64,000 nucleotides of DNA, from assembly GCA_973851085.1 (NCBI GenBank), contig OZ316776.1:15438001-15502000 (forward strand). The letters are read 5' to 3'. Within the stretch, counting starts at the first letter, position 1. The number at the start of each line of letters is the position of its first letter. The stretch comes from Ptychomitrium polyphyllum (lineage: Eukaryota). Of this stretch, positions 15,175-30,300 are shown in pieces. The position numbers were made by a program, and so were the translations under genes. The notes beneath the pieces were generated by a model. The model was not told where the DNA came from. It ran no database searches and was given only the letters and a program-made list of their open reading frames with translations.

Positions 15175-17126
15175 TCATGAATACGTGTGCGGCAGCCATG
15201 TCGTTAAGCTCTGACGATCATCGGCTAACAACTTCCTCCGCTTTAATCTGGAAGCCGTTGCACCGGGAAAAGCTTCGGCAACACCCGGGCTCGACTCGCG
15301 CGATGAAAATCCTAGAGTACCTTCACTGGCGCTGCTCAAAGCTGCCGCCTCCAGTACTCCCACGGGGCTCTGGGGCTCCGATGCGCACAACGCTTTCCGC
15401 TTCACAGAAAGTCGCCGGTAACACGAGTCTATCACCACCTCCTGCATGTCCGTGTAGCACTCCTTCACCGCATCCTGCGCACCAACGTCCACACAACGCG
15501 TTCAGACGACCCGCCCACCAGCACACGCTCATCAAGATCACCACTCCTATCCGAATTGCCGCACATGCCACGCTAACCACCCAGCCTCACCACATCCACG
15601 GCCAGACTGCCGAAGATCCGCACCAGGTCTCCCGATTGCAGGGCCGTCACCTCCTCCAGGGAGCAGATGATGGCCGCTGCCGCCACCACTGACGGCACAT
15701 ACGTCAGGAACGCCGTGTCTGCCACACATTGCACAACGCGGTCAGCATCGCCCTCACATCACCAAAAAAACCTAAACTTTTGCGCACCGCCCAAACTCAC
15801 TCCCGCCACCGCACCCAGGCGCTGCGCCCGCGCCCGGGACACCCGCCACTCACCCTTCGCGGCCTTCAACACGATCTCGCTCACTCGCGACAGCAGCGCC
15901 CGCAGCAGCACGCTGCTCACGCCCAGCTTGTGGAAAAAGTAGTCCACGTAGGAGAACGGCGTCACCGCGCTCATCCTCCACTCCAGCGTCGACAGCACCA
16001 GAAGCTCCATCCTCTGGATCGTGTGCGCCTCGAAAACGTGCTCCACCTGCTCCACCTGCCCACATCCACAACCCCGCTCAGCACCGCGCCCGCCACACGC
16101 AACACACCCTGCTCATCCACACGCCACCACCCAACACACCGTCGGCAAGAACGCGATCCGCGCCACAACCCACCTGGAGGTCCAGCAGGATCGGCACCTC
16201 AGATTCCTCCATCTTCGCGGCCAGCGACACGCACGCCACGGACAGCAGCTGCAGCATCCACTCCTTCCCTTCCTGCACGACACACATGCACGGCCTCACT
16301 CTCCCGAAACCGCTGCCCGACACCCACGCTCAGCAAGACACTCCACAAACACAATCTGGAAAGAAACCGGAACATGCACAAACCGCTACGTACCGGTAGA
16401 TGGTGCCGAGACAGGAAGCGATCCATGTAATTTACCGCCAGGGCCACTGTCAAAGGACCGTAATTGTAGAAAGATTGAACCTGGAAAACATCACAATGCA
16501 CCCAATGTCACAAGGAATTCTAGTCACGCAGGTACGTAAATTGTGCTGTCGTCTTGCCACAGCTTTCTTCCATTGCGACAACGCAACGAACGAACACACC
16601 GACTCAAACACAGGACGTAGTCACGCGGAACACACACACACACACACACACGCTGCAGAGTAGAAAGTGATTCAACGCCAATAGAAAAGGATCATGAGAA
16701 TTCGGCAGGACAAAGGGCCGTTAGAAGCGACCAGTTTCAACTCCGAAAGTTCGAGAGCTCAGGTTCCATAGAACCAATTTTAATAAACCACCCCAAGGCA
16801 AGCCGACAAACACGTTCTTGAGAGAAACTCGTCCTCACCTTCTGGATCCACTTGACGGCTTCCAGACGAGCTGCACCACTGAGCTCCTGTGCACGATAGC
16901 GCCCGGAGTAATTGCCTTCCGCCATGTACTGCCCTTCCTTGAGCAACAACGTGGATATGGCCTCATCGTCCTCCACTGGAAAATCCAGAAACACACCCGG
17001 CTGGAACCCACTCACCACCACACCCACCCCAGTCGCATCAGAGCGACCCACATCACGACGCTCCTCGTCCCACCCACCTCCACCCACTTCCTCCGCACAG
17101 TACAAGCTCTCCACACTCGGTGCCAT
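15175..17126 (-). CDS. CYCD: D-type cyclin, 6 exons, ~367 aa
   Basis: Exons 16839-17126, 16394-16480, 16174-16272, 15854-16055, 15591-15718 and 15175-15474, all GT-AG and in frame (1104 nt). N-terminal LxCxE RB-binding motif (LYCAE); cyclin box LAVNYMDRFLS...WMLQLLSVACVSLAAKMEE...IQRMELLVLSTLEWRM; C-terminal QSPVGVL motif. Confidence 0.96.
16630..16651. repeat. (AC)n microsatellite in cyclin D intron 1
   Basis: acacacacacacacacacacac seen directly. Confidence 0.9.
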
Positions 17127-18190
17127 GTTCCTGCTGGAGACTCAACTCCGGTGAACCTTCCCGCCAACTTCATTCACACTCCAAACCTCACCTTCATCAT
17201 AACCATCACCTTCCTCCCTCTCCCTCTTCCTTTCCAAACTGAACTTTTATCTAGAACCGAAGAACTCGGAGAGTGAGCGATGTGACGGAAGATGGTCCAA
17301 AAACTGCCAACGGACTAAAAGAACCACTCTCTGAAGATTGGCTTCAGAAGCTCAGAGGAAGCTCTCTGTTTGAGATGGGAGCAAGAGAAGGTAGAATTGA
17401 AGGAATGAAGGTTGCTCCCGGCATCTATAGTGAGCAGGGAAGATGGAGAAGGGCGACGGCATGTAGGGCTCGCAGGGGCTAAGCGCAGCGCAGCCCAGCC
17501 CAACCCAGGGTCCCAGAGCTGCAACCCAGGCAGAGATGGAGATGGCACAGAGAGGAGAATGGAGACGACGAAGGATGAACGTGGTGATGGGCACCATGGC
17601 ACCACCATCACCATCACCATTGCCATTGCCATGCAGCTCGAACTGCAGTAGTGACAACTTCTCCAAGTTCTCAAACAGAAACTCACTCTCAGAAAATGAA
17701 CTGAGCGCTCTTGGAGCGCGACTCCCATGGGGCAGGTGTAACGCCGATGAACAAGACGAAGACAATGAATGAACGTGGGGACAGAGTCTAGACCAGTTAG
17801 TTTCTTCTGAGAAATGAAAACAAATAGCGGACTGAGAGTATCAGGACATGAATCCAACAAAAATATCAATATTCAGTTGGGTGAATTGATCTTAACCAAC
17901 TTGAACAGGAGCAGGCATGCACATGGTCATGAAGGGAGATGACGGAGGCGAGTGGACTGGGTTTGAATTTAGGGCCGGGTTGGCCTACGTTGGACGGGGT
18001 TTGGACGGGCTGGGTGGGGTGTGGTTGGTGGGACCCAGAAGACCGGTTCCCGGGAGAGGCAGGGATTGGTCGTAACTTAGTTGGGTATCGAATATCGTGA
18101 GGATTTGGAGTTCACTGGGAAAAAGGGCAGCAAGGACTAGCGGGAAGGAGGGGCATTGAAGAGTGAAGTCGGCCGTAACATAATTGGGTG

Positions 18191-18328
18191 CCACGTGGTG
18201 GTATCTGTTTTGGAAGGGGAACAAGGAGGAATACAAGCTTACATCAGCCAGTTGGCCAGCAAAGCATCAGCCTGGGCTGGCTGCCATGCTAGTCAGGGAA
18301 GATGGTGTTACTTGTGGGTGGCGGGAAT
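18191..18328. promoter_or_regulatory. Candidate cyclin D upstream elements: palindromic G-box CCACGTGG (18191-18198) and E2F-like site GCGGGAAT (18321-18328)
   Basis: Motif matches 1.1-1.2 kb upstream of the CYCD ATG. The reverse complement ATTCCCGC fits the plant E2F consensus WTTSSCSS. Short motifs; function not shown. Confidence 0.3.
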
Positions 18329-21300
18329 CCAGATTATTGGATGGGACCCAGGGTGTAAGTGTGGAAGCCTTTGAGTTTTTTAGGAGGTATAGGGGGATAC
18401 GGAAGTCAGCTCATGCCTCGTCTCTACCTGGCTTCTTTCCTCATCACCTGCAAGCTTTTCAGCTAATTATCAAACGGATCCCCAAGTCACATGGTGACTC
18501 CTTTTTGTTGCAGGTTGTGGGGGACGGTTGTGCGTATATTACAGCTTGTATACAAGCTTGGGGCACTGTGCTCTTGCAGTAGTTTTGCTATAGCAAAGTG
18601 ACTGTTGGGAGGCTGTTAAATGGATTAGATATTGTGGCGGGAGTGATGCCCCTAGTGACAGGTCAGCATTGTCAAAGTGAATAGACAGTCGTTTAATAGA
18701 GTTGACTGGCTGTATGATGGACAATGTGTCTATTGGAGATGAAATGGCTCTGAACATCATGCAGAAAGATATGCATTAGTTGCATTGAAAATAGACTAGT
18801 TGCTGTGGCAGTACCACAGAATTTGACTTCACTTGATGATATGGGCCACAGTATTTAGGCAGCCAGAGGTGTTCACAAAGCTTTTGCTGACATACAAGAA
18901 AAGGCTTTATCATAGGTGACAATAGAAGGTACACAGCAACAATGTGATGGTAAATTGTATAAGTTACAAGGTTTTGTAGTATGTGGCATGCCCCACATTC
19001 CAAAGTTAGCACAACAAACATTTTCCTGGTCAAAAAGTCACAGTTTGGAAGAAATACTGTGGACCTGAAATGTTTCCCAAATCTGTCCAAGTGTTTTTTT
19101 CTAAATTTTAAAATCATCACAAGTAATGTGAAATCTTTTGCAGTAACATATATCTACAGATTTATCTAAAAAGGAAAGGTACATCAATGTTTTAACAAGT
19201 AATAACTGCAAGCAGGAAGATCTTGGGATGTACAAACTAGAGAGGAACTCCTGTGTGAGTCTAGAAGCCTGCTGCCAATCGAGCAGTGTAGCTCAATGCT
19301 AGTCACTGCACAGAAATTACATACTGTAATGAAACTTGGACAGGCATCTATTTTGCATCCAAATTAAAATATTAAAACTTCTTGAAACCCACTGACTGTG
19401 GTCTCCCAGAGGTACCCTCAAATCAGTACAAGGGGTTGCTGCACAGATATATGCCCCTTACATCTCTTGTATTTAGTGGGTACATGCAAGTCATCTTCAA
19501 AGCTAACATTATCAGTGACTAAGTGTTTGTTGGAGATGGTTGTTGTGGTGTCCTTGAGCAACACCCTGTGTAGTGGAGATTGAGTGGTAAAGGTTACCAA
19601 CAAAAGGTGCAGTGGATATGAATCTAAATTTTACCATATTTGAGCACAGTAAGCTCCCATGGGAACTGGTAGGCAGGCTCAGTGATGATCCAGCAGTATT
19701 CAAGATTGAAGGCTTCCTATAAATTTCACTGTGAAGGGCAAATAAATTACAGCACTTTACATGTGTTTCATTCAAGTACACAGATGCATTTCTCCAAAAT
19801 TAGATTTATAGATTTCCGTTAAATAAAATAAAGTTAAATTACAGTTTGTCTAATAATACATAATGTAATTGTGAACTTCTAATATTCTTAATTGTAGCAA
19901 AACTCAAGAAAATCTAGTAGAGATTAAAAAAGTGTGAGGAAACCTTACTTGCCTACAAGATTTTTCTATCAGCAATTATATTGATGTATGATGTTTTGGA
20001 GCACAAATTGCATATTGAAGCAAACAAATTTATCTTAAAGGATCATCAAAAACAGATTAGATCATCCATGAAGTTAACACTTTCCAGCATTGGACACTCA
20101 AACTTCATTTTCTAAAACTTATAAAACAAATGGTGTAATAAAGGGTCATTACAAAGGCTTCTAAACTTGAGCAAATTTAATATAGATTATGAGATCAAAA
20201 GCAAGTTTTAGTGGATGTGAAATTCTGTTTATTCTTCTTAAGACTTTGCAACTACCTTAGACATACCTTAGACATAGAATTGTACTTAAATGAAAAACTT
20301 ATTAAGTTGCATGATTAATAGTTGGAGGGCATTTTGAAGACAATACTTCATATAAAGTTTTACTTTATACTACAATATAGTAATGTAGAGTACAATTTTG
20401 AAAGAAACATTTTGAAAGACAAAACTGCAATTGAATGGCACTAAATTCTTCAAAATTGAAACAACTTATGATTTATTTATGTAATGTCTAAAATCACATA
20501 TTGATGTCTATTGAAATTCTTATTAATTGCTAACAAGATTTAATAAAAATAAACATGCTTCAATAACCATGTTCATTTGCTCATTTGCTCAATTTGTAAT
20601 GAGTGAGTTTGCTTGTTGTCTAGCACTAAATGTTCAAGTTCTAAATATGAAGGGCATCCAAAAGTGATATTAAACTTGATTGTCAAATGGTGCATATTCT
20701 CATGTTCAATGTGTACTTATTTTGTAAGATTGTTATTAAACATATGTGATTAAAGGATGTACTTTCTTTAATATTCATTAAATTTTGATTTATCTACATT
20801 GATAAATCTATAAGGTTCTTTTTATCACTAGTCCATACAAATGTTTTAAATACAATTACATTTTAGATCTAGTGCTAAAACAACCTTCCAATTATGAATT
20901 AAATTTAGAATTTATTAAATTATGCATGATAAATGGTCAACATTTGAAGATTAAAAGTCCTTGAATGCCTATGAAGTACTGCAAATTTGTACAAAGGAAC
21001 CTTGTGACTTGAAGCAAAGTTAATTGCACACTTTTACAAATTTATCAAAATTCAACTCTTCAATATTAATATTATAATATTTGATGAATTGAAATGTTGT
21101 AGAAATATGTTGTCCAAATCTAAAGAGTTGAACTTGAAATACTACATTTTGTAGCAAGAATGTCCAAATATTTTAAAGAAATTTGTATTCAATTGCATGA
21201 AAGTCTACAAAGCACTCACTCAATTTTAAATAGAAAGGAACATGGGGCAAAAGATATGATCCTCAAGGTAGGAAAGGTAATTTTTTCTTTTGCTCTTTTG

Positions 21301-24300
21301 AATATGTATCATCTTCAAAGTGGCCATTTTTTTGCCCACCATGAAATGATTGGTCAATATTTTCAAATATTTTCAAAGAAAATTTTGAATTTTTTGCAAC
21401 ACTAATATATTATCATATTATAGAAATTTATTCTATTTCATTGAAAATATGTAGATAAATTTCTAGAAACCTTTAAAGTTAGTTTTATTTCACTAGTTAG
21501 CTATAGAAATGGCCACTTTGGACCTTTTCTTGGTGGCATGCTTTAATTTGCTACTTCAACTAGAACATCCAACTAACAATTTACAAAATATTGGGCTTTG
21601 ATTACTAGTTATTTTATTTGTAGTTATCAATTATGATAGCTTGTTATGATTTTTAAATTTAGAGCACAATGTACTTAGCCTTATACATCTTTTGTGTTAA
21701 AGGTGGATTTGATACTTTTATTATTTATAAATATAATTTTCTTAATTCCTATCATCTATGAATTGTGGATTTTATTTCTTGCTTATTGATAAATAGGTTT
21801 TGTTTTAAAAAATTATTTCTATCTTCTTCCAATTACATGAGGATATAGTTTCTTTCATTTATTAATATTTTATATTATATACAAATAAAAATCACCATCA
21901 AATTCTAATTTATAAATGAACTTCATTTCTATTTCATCCAATGATGAATATTATTCTATATAACTTAGCCATCATCATCTTTTACATAAATTTTAATCTT
22001 CTCTCATCATTTATGGTTTATTCTATAAGAAGTTTATTAACATCCTCTTCAAATTCATATGCAAAGTTCATTTTTCTTTCATTTCTTAACAAAAATTTTT
22101 AAAACAAATTTTTACTATCATCTTTCTTTTATATGTGAATTTTACTCTTCTTTCATTCATTAAAATAAAATCTATTTACCTTATAGATGTCAAAATCATT
22201 ATAAATATGCGTGTTATCATGTTTAATCATCTCAACAATTTATGAAATTTATGCCATAATTTAAACTAATGTTACCAATGAGTATTATTAAATTACAATT
22301 GTAACTAATTTATAAAAAAATTATGTGTGTTTTTTAGGAGGAGAATGTTTATTGTTTTCAAATTAAGAATTGAATGTAGTTTATTCAACAACAAAAGAAA
22401 ACAACCAAAAAGTATTAAAAACATCTCACCATCTTATTTTATCTACCATAGCATTGAAATTTGATAAGAACATGTTCTTCACTTATGCTAATCATTATAA
22501 CTATGGAAGTCTGATTCTTGTCAACTTTGGAGAAATCGACAAATTGTTTTTATAGATTAACTTCTAGACACTTGACCAATCACCACTTAATGAAACTTTT
22601 AATTTCATGCTTAATATTATCATCATAATGAAATAAAATCCGAATTAAAACTTCCAGTACATGAAGCCATATTTATATATTTTTAAAAAGAATTTCTTAA
22701 ATAAAAAATTGGTTATATTATACATATAAATACATCTTAAATATTTCAAAGTGTGAAGCTAATCAAATAATGATTGGTTTTATTTAAAGGCTTTCAACAA
22801 TAAAAGTGAATATTGGTGGTTTTACAAGTTTTGAAACGGTACATTATAAACATTGAAGTTTAATGTATTTTCATTTTAATAAAGATCAAAAATTTATATA
22901 TCACAAGAATTTCAAAATGTCAATTAAATTTTATTATAAAATAATTGCCATGGATGAGCCAATGATATAGGGCAAAATAGTACATATTACATGTTTGGTG
23001 GAAATTTGAAATAAATATTTTCTTTGAAATAATTGAAAAGATGAATCATATAAATTGAATCATGATAAAAATTTCCAAGATTCTATTATGAATATAAATT
23101 ATAACAATGAACATTGTATTCAATTAAAATGGATGAAAACATTAGTATCATTCAAAAACCAACATGGAAAATACATCTAGGTGTTAGGATTGTGCTGTAG
23201 AAATATTTTGGTTAGACATGAAAAAAATAATGTTAGATTTATAGACAAAAACTAATTCTTTTAAAAATTATGTCTTGAAGTTATGTTTAAAAGGCAACTA
23301 TATATATTACTACATAAATAAAGATTGTTATAACAACAAATCAAATTGAAGTAGAAGAAATCTTAATTCTTGTAGCCAATTAAAAGAACCTTCTAGTATA
23401 CTTATAAAACATATTATTAGATACTTAATGAGGTAAATATAAACTTTCAAATTTCCTATTATAGATACATGTAAAATTATATTTTAGATTTGTTGACAAA
23501 TTATATGCAATTTTCAATGGTACCAAATCTACTTCCATATTAGATGAAGAGTGAACAAACAAAGCTCAACCTCTATAATTTTAGAATTACTAATTGTCTT
23601 ACTGAATAATATTATATATGCTCTCCACTAGATTTTTGTAAAAGTGGCCAAAGAAAATTTAAATAAATGTAATTCTTATAGGGAAAGTAGATGCATATCA
23701 TTCTTTAGTTAGATGACCATACACCATAATAAACAATACTAGTATCATCCCATTTCTTTTCCAAGTATTAAAATTTGTGCATCTAGCCATATCTTCTAGT
23801 ATTCATATTCTCTAGATGCCCCTCTAGCCAGACATGAACAAGGACTGTGCTAGAGAATGTTGTGTAGTTTGGATAAAAAGATGTTGGTCTTACTTCAGAA
23901 GGCCAGCTCCAGCTCAAGAAGCACAGATGAGCAGTGGCCTGGCTTATTTTTCTAGAGTCAGAATGGAGTGGCAAGGGGCACCAGTGGAGATGCTCGTAGA
24001 ACTGATATTGGTTTTGTTAACATATTCACCATGTAGTAAATCCCTTAGTTCATGTTTGCCTGGTTAGAAAGGTGTTTTAATCTCTCACATGAGGACCTTC
24101 TTCTCCACCAACAACATTTTGGAACTAGCTTTAAGACAGTTCAGAACTTCCTTTTTCCTAATGAAGAACTTGTCACATCCTTTGTGTGCTACTTCACTTC
24201 CTCAATATTACTTCTACAATAAAAATAGCAGCTAGTGGGATTTTCTTAAAATGTGGATCTCCTTGTTCAGCATGGTTGTTGAATATGCAAAGAAGCAGTG

Positions 24301-27300
24301 TGAGGTTTGCTGTTTTGTGTATGTGGCAGATGTCATTTGGATTTGGATGTTGCTGACAAGGGAGTAAGGATGAGTATGGGCTCCATAAGGAAAAATTTAG
24401 CTCCCTATGGTGTAATTGTTAAGGTCCCCCTCTTCTATCAACTCATTTTGAAGTATTCATCCTCACACTACAACATTGGTATTACAAAATGGGTAGGCGT
24501 ATACAATTAAAGTGTTCACATGTGGTTGAAATGCTTTCAAAAACAAAGATATTGCAAAACCTTATATTTGGTTCAAATAACAAAAGGAATCTATTTTTAC
24601 ACCAAGCTTCAACTTATTTGCTCAACTTGAGTTAAAAGAGGAAGAATATTAGGAAATTGTTTTTGAACTAATCTGAATGTATGACATAAGAATTTGACCC
24701 ATTTGTGACCAAAATTGAATTATTAAATGTTTTTAAAAAAATTCAACAAAAAAAAATTAAAAATTTATCATTTCATAATCAAACAACAACATAATAAGTA
24801 AATTAAAGCACTCAAGTGGTATCTTTTTCTCAATTTAAATTTAAGGCTTTCTTTTCTATGAATTTCAAATTCAAAAATATTTACAACATTATATACCTTT
24901 TACAAAAAAAATTAAAAAATTAATGTGGAAAGAAATTAAATTATTATATTAAAAAAAGCATGAAATAATGCTTGTAGTAGTTTTTTTGTGATTTTTGAAT
25001 ATTATTTAATAAAAAAATATTGAAGTTTTTTATGTAAGTTGCACATGTAGAAAGTCATAGAACTTTTTTAAAATTATAATAAAGGTGTGTAATTTGGTTT
25101 TCAATTAGCAAATAGCATTCCTTTGTTTTATTGTCATTAATGTAGACTATATGGCTTATTCAAAGGAAGATTCAATAGGGCTACAAATGGTTTGGTTGTA
25201 AGAAGGTTAATCTTTAAAAGTCATTGATTGTTTCTCAAATTTTCACTAGAAAATTTTATTTGACATGCTTTGGAGAAAATCACAATATGATCAAATAAAA
25301 TAAACACAGACTTGTAAATAATAAAAACTTACCAATTCCATATAAATTAAATTTTATTCATGCCCAACTCCTATTATATATTAGTTTTTTTTTATTAGCA
25401 AAAGCAAATGTTGTAGTTCAAAAAATGTCAAATAAATGGGTATAACAGGCACAAAATAAAATCTTGGTGGTGACAATAACAAATTTAGTTACTTCAAACT
25501 TTTTGAGGTAAGAGACTCAATGATAAACAACCTAAAAATGTGGTTTTAATCCAAAAATATATATATTTGGATGTCTCTTTATATTGTATAAGATAATTTC
25601 ACCATATTTATTCAAAATTATTCACCATTTTTTGAAGCAAAATTTCTTAGTTAAACATTTCAAATCAGTATCATGGTTAAACTTTATGTCCATGTAAAAT
25701 GTTCTGGTGTGAATATCTTGTATGATGGTACTTGATGGTCATGCATCTGATTGGCACTCTAATTAACATACTAAATCTCATCTTTAGGTGCTCAAAAATT
25801 TCACCATAAATTTGAACTCCCACTTGATTATTTCAGAAATTCAATCAAATCACCCACTCAACAGTGTGCTATGGCTAGCCATCACTATGGTTGTTGTTGT
25901 CCAAAACAGGGGTTAGAAAGTTTCTTGTGGTTTGTAAGAGATGACTACTATAGGATGGTTGGTTCATGGGAGGTAACTACTTTTGGATGGCAAGCCCAAA
26001 GTAGCCCTGTACCAATTGATGTAGACACCCTCTGTATAATTTACTTGATTTAATATAAATGTTGATGTGGTAATGGTAGGTTGTGAAAACTGATGACAAA
26101 AGTACAAGTAAAATGCAATCCATGATTATTTTTATAAAAGAATTAATCTTACATTATCATTTAAAAGTAAGTATTTTTTGAGGAATTTTATTTTAAACTA
26201 ATAAGAAACATTAGTGTTGTTTCTTCTTTCTATTGGAAACCAAAGCAACTTTTTTTAGACGGCTTTCAAACCTTTCCTTGCAAAAGTTACATAAATTGCG
26301 TTGTTGGTACATCTATGTAAATTAGCTTGTGCAATAAGTTCTTCATACAAATTGTCTTACAAATGGATGGTTTACATCAAAATTCATATAAATTTTTTCT
26401 AAATGTCATAAGCAATCGTTTTCTGAATTGCACTTAGAAGTTGTATGTTTTCATAATGAAACTGCCTTTAAAACTATAGGAAAGAAGAATTCTGATACTT
26501 TTACAAGGACCAATATGAATCAAGTATAAGTTCCTTTTATACCATGTATATTTATTTGTAACATGTAGTTGCAAATACAGTAAAAGAATTGCTCTCTTTT
26601 GGATGGTATTATGATAAATACCAAGTAATACCACAAACTAAAAAGCTTCAATGATAGCAAGGTCTTTTCTAATTACTTTTTCAAAGTACAGTATTGTCTA
26701 TATTTCTTTTCTGTGTTTGAACAGACACACATACAATGTAGTACAGTTGGTAAATTATGATTTCTAATAAATTTTAGCACCCATGTGTACATCATGGAAC
26801 TTGAAGATGAAATAATGTCGTATTTACATAGTACTTACAGATTGAAGTATTGACATGTGTGACAGTGCAACTTAGTGATGAAAGTGCCTTCACCAAATAG
26901 TTTAAGTGATAAGTCACAGGGTAGAATTGGTTGAATACTTTGAACCATAGTGACTCCGAACTAAAGCATATATGTCTTCTAAATAATTTTCAATTATCCA
27001 AAAGCTTCAATCATAACAAGGCACCCCCATGAGGACCAATACAATGTTGGTTTTGGATTTGTTCACTTTGCAATCCATACCCCTTATGGTACAAAATTTC
27101 AATTTCCAGTTAATCTCCCTTTAAAACTTGAAACACATTATTATTATATTTTTTCCAAAGATAAATTTAATTTAAATTGCAAACACATCAATCAAAAAAA
27201 ATTAACAATTTTTTCAGATGCACAACAACTTTTTTGGTTAATTTAAGGTACCTCTACAATGGTACATTATGGGAATGTGAAAGCCTTGACCTAATACATG

Positions 27301-30300
27301 GGAAATCAATCACCTGATAAAATGAAATAAATACAAGCGGGCACTACAGTCTTAGATTGTGACAACATACAAAACAAAAATTACATATCAATCACATGGG
27401 TTAATTTTGGAATTGATATAACTCTATGTAGACCAAAAAAGAGACTGTATAAAATTTGATTAGTGTATATTTACTTTCTATTTATGCAAGGTTTTAGCAT
27501 GCTTAGCAAAGTGAAATCTTTTAACTCAAGCATATTTAGAAGTACTACTTGTGAATACTATTAACACAAACATTTAAGGCAATAATTTTAACTTTGAGTA
27601 ACATGCTAAAATCCTGTATAAATAAAAAGCAAACATATAGTAAATAAAATCAAGAGTGTAGATTGCATAATGTTTCTAGAAGTTAAAGCAATTCAACTTT
27701 CCCTTCAAAAGTTGGAAATCAATAATAAATGATAGTGAAATAATGTGACAATAAATGCATGAAGGCAAGAGTTTAGTTTGATGACTTGGTGTAATAGATT
27801 CCTTATTTTTTAATAAAACACATATTTCAAAAAATAATTGTACCTTCCAATTATGGAAATAAACCTTTGAGAGAAGGTGTATGGAAGAATGGGATGTGAT
27901 GTTGGAAATGGAAAGCCATCAATTTTCAACCAAAGTATTACATTTCTACCTTACAAAGGATATTGACTATCCATCCTTCCTATTCCAAAAATATTGCATC
28001 TCAATAGGGACTAAATCCTTAAATGAATTTATATAAATTAGAAAAAATATATTGTTTAAGACTTTAAAATCTAAATATAGAAAAAACAAATGTATATTTG
28101 AATGATGAATAAGAAAATTATTTTTATGATTGATGATGCTTTGAAAAAGAAAATTCATAAAATATTTATCCAATTCATGATCAAAGTTAGTTGAAAATGA
28201 AAAACCAAACCCCTTGAGGTAGTGCATTTTGAACTGTACAGGCCTCTGACACTGGAGGAACAGAGGACTTTGAGCCACTGCTGAGAAATTGTGGAGCCTG
28301 ATGGTCTTGTCATCTAGAGATCTAGAACCTTGTACAAACAGGGTTGTTAGTTCACCAAAAAAATTACATACTCCTTGAACTTTATCATTTTAAACTTCAA
28401 AAGCAGGGTCACATGAAAGGGCTGAACATGGTTGTTTGATGGCACTGTTGATGATTCAATAATTCAATAACTCACAACATGGGGACAGCAAGGACATGGC
28501 ATGAGCAGGAATGAGCTGGGGTAACAAAACATATGCTAAACACACAGGTTGACAACAACATTGATCAACTTATCTAAATTAATGCTCAGTCTTTGCATCA
28601 TTGAAGGAGTTTCTCCGCCCTTATGCTTTATGGAAATTTGCAAGAGATGGCCCAACCCATTTTAGTGGAACATTAGGCATTTGGTAGTTGATATACAGCC
28701 AGCATCAAAGACAGTGATCTATTACATCTTATAACACTAGTCAGAGCACTAGGATTGATATAAGAATTTGCATACAACTTTGAATGCAAAGAGAAGTCTG
28801 GATCAAGGGCCTGTTTATCCATCAGAATGCTTCTGGATGGCTTGGTATCTGTATGGAAATGGCCACAAGGATGCATAAGGTGGAACAATTCATTCTCCCA
28901 ACAACAAGGAATGCTCCCTTTGCAAATACTGGAAAAAATTTAAAGAATTTTTGGTAAAGAAAGAACAATGTTTGAAGTGCAATGCAATCAAAAACATATC
29001 TGTTTCATAAAACTTGAATTAGTTATGAATTTTTAAAGATTGTTTTTGCAAAAGCCAAATCCACATCTAGACCATTTCATTGACCACCTAAAAAATCAAT
29101 AACCATAACTTAATAAATGCACAATCATCCATATCTAATTTAATAACCATCAAGCACTAAGTCATGTCCACCACATGTTAGCTTTCTAGAATAAGTATAA
29201 TTTGTCACTTCATGATTCCATTTGCATCCCATTTCAATCTATTACAACTACTCAACAAACCTAAACTATCAATAATAAAGAGTTTGGTGATTAATGGTAA
29301 TGCACATGATGGTTCATGGTCTTTTGATAAATCTTAGTGACCAATGGTTGTAATGGATATATTACTAATCATATTATCCATGCTACATTAGCTTGTGCTT
29401 AACATATTGAACTAATTTGTGACACATACTCCATAAATATGCATCATTCTTCAAATGATATTCCTAACATTCTTATTTATAAATCACTCTTATTCATGAC
29501 ATCTTCATTTCAAAAAAACATTCACTAAGCATGTTCAACTCATTAATAATAATTTTTAAATTAGAATAATTCAAATAATGTTTCTCAATTCAAAGGCTAA
29601 AAAAAGAAGTAAATAAGAATATTGTGTTTAATTAAAACTAAAAGTGCAACTTTTTGATTGACAAAGATAGGTAATTAAGTCCTATCACTTAATCTTTAAA
29701 AATGTTAAATGTCATTTTTTGATTAGGAAGGAGATTATTTTTCCTTCATTTCAACAAGAATTTATTAGATTTGATTTCAAATGAACTTTTATTTTGTATT
29801 AATATCTTACATTAAACAAGGATGTTTCTAAAATTTGGCAAGCATTTAATACAAGGAACTTTAGTTTTGGATGCTTTTTTCTTTATAAATTTAGACTATA
29901 GTTTAACAATGTTAGGCCATATTTGGACACATTGATTTTTTTTAATGATTTTTTGGGAACCATTGTTTCCTTTAGATGGTGTTAAATAAGTTTTTAACTA
30001 AAAGATATTTTATTGGAATAGTTTCAAGATTGTTGAATCAATTCTAACAAGCCACCAATTTTAGAGCCATTTTTAAATGTCAAAACGCAATAATCATTCA
30101 ATCTATAAAGCCTCATAACTTCAATTTTTTATAACTTCATAACTTCATATCATCTAAAACAAACTTGTCCGGTTGAAGTTCCCACATTTTTAAAGCAACA
30201 ATGATTTTAAATAAAAAAATTCCATGATCCGTTAGGAATTAAGGACTTCAAGAATATTGGTAAGTAAGAGAAATTCATAAGAGTCAAATTATTTTGTACA

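Noticed and set aside
15165..17276. Long plus-strand ORFs (e.g. 15729-16430, 233 aa)
   Set aside because: Antisense shadows of the GC-rich cyclin D gene; low-complexity Pro/His/Arg/Thr translations.
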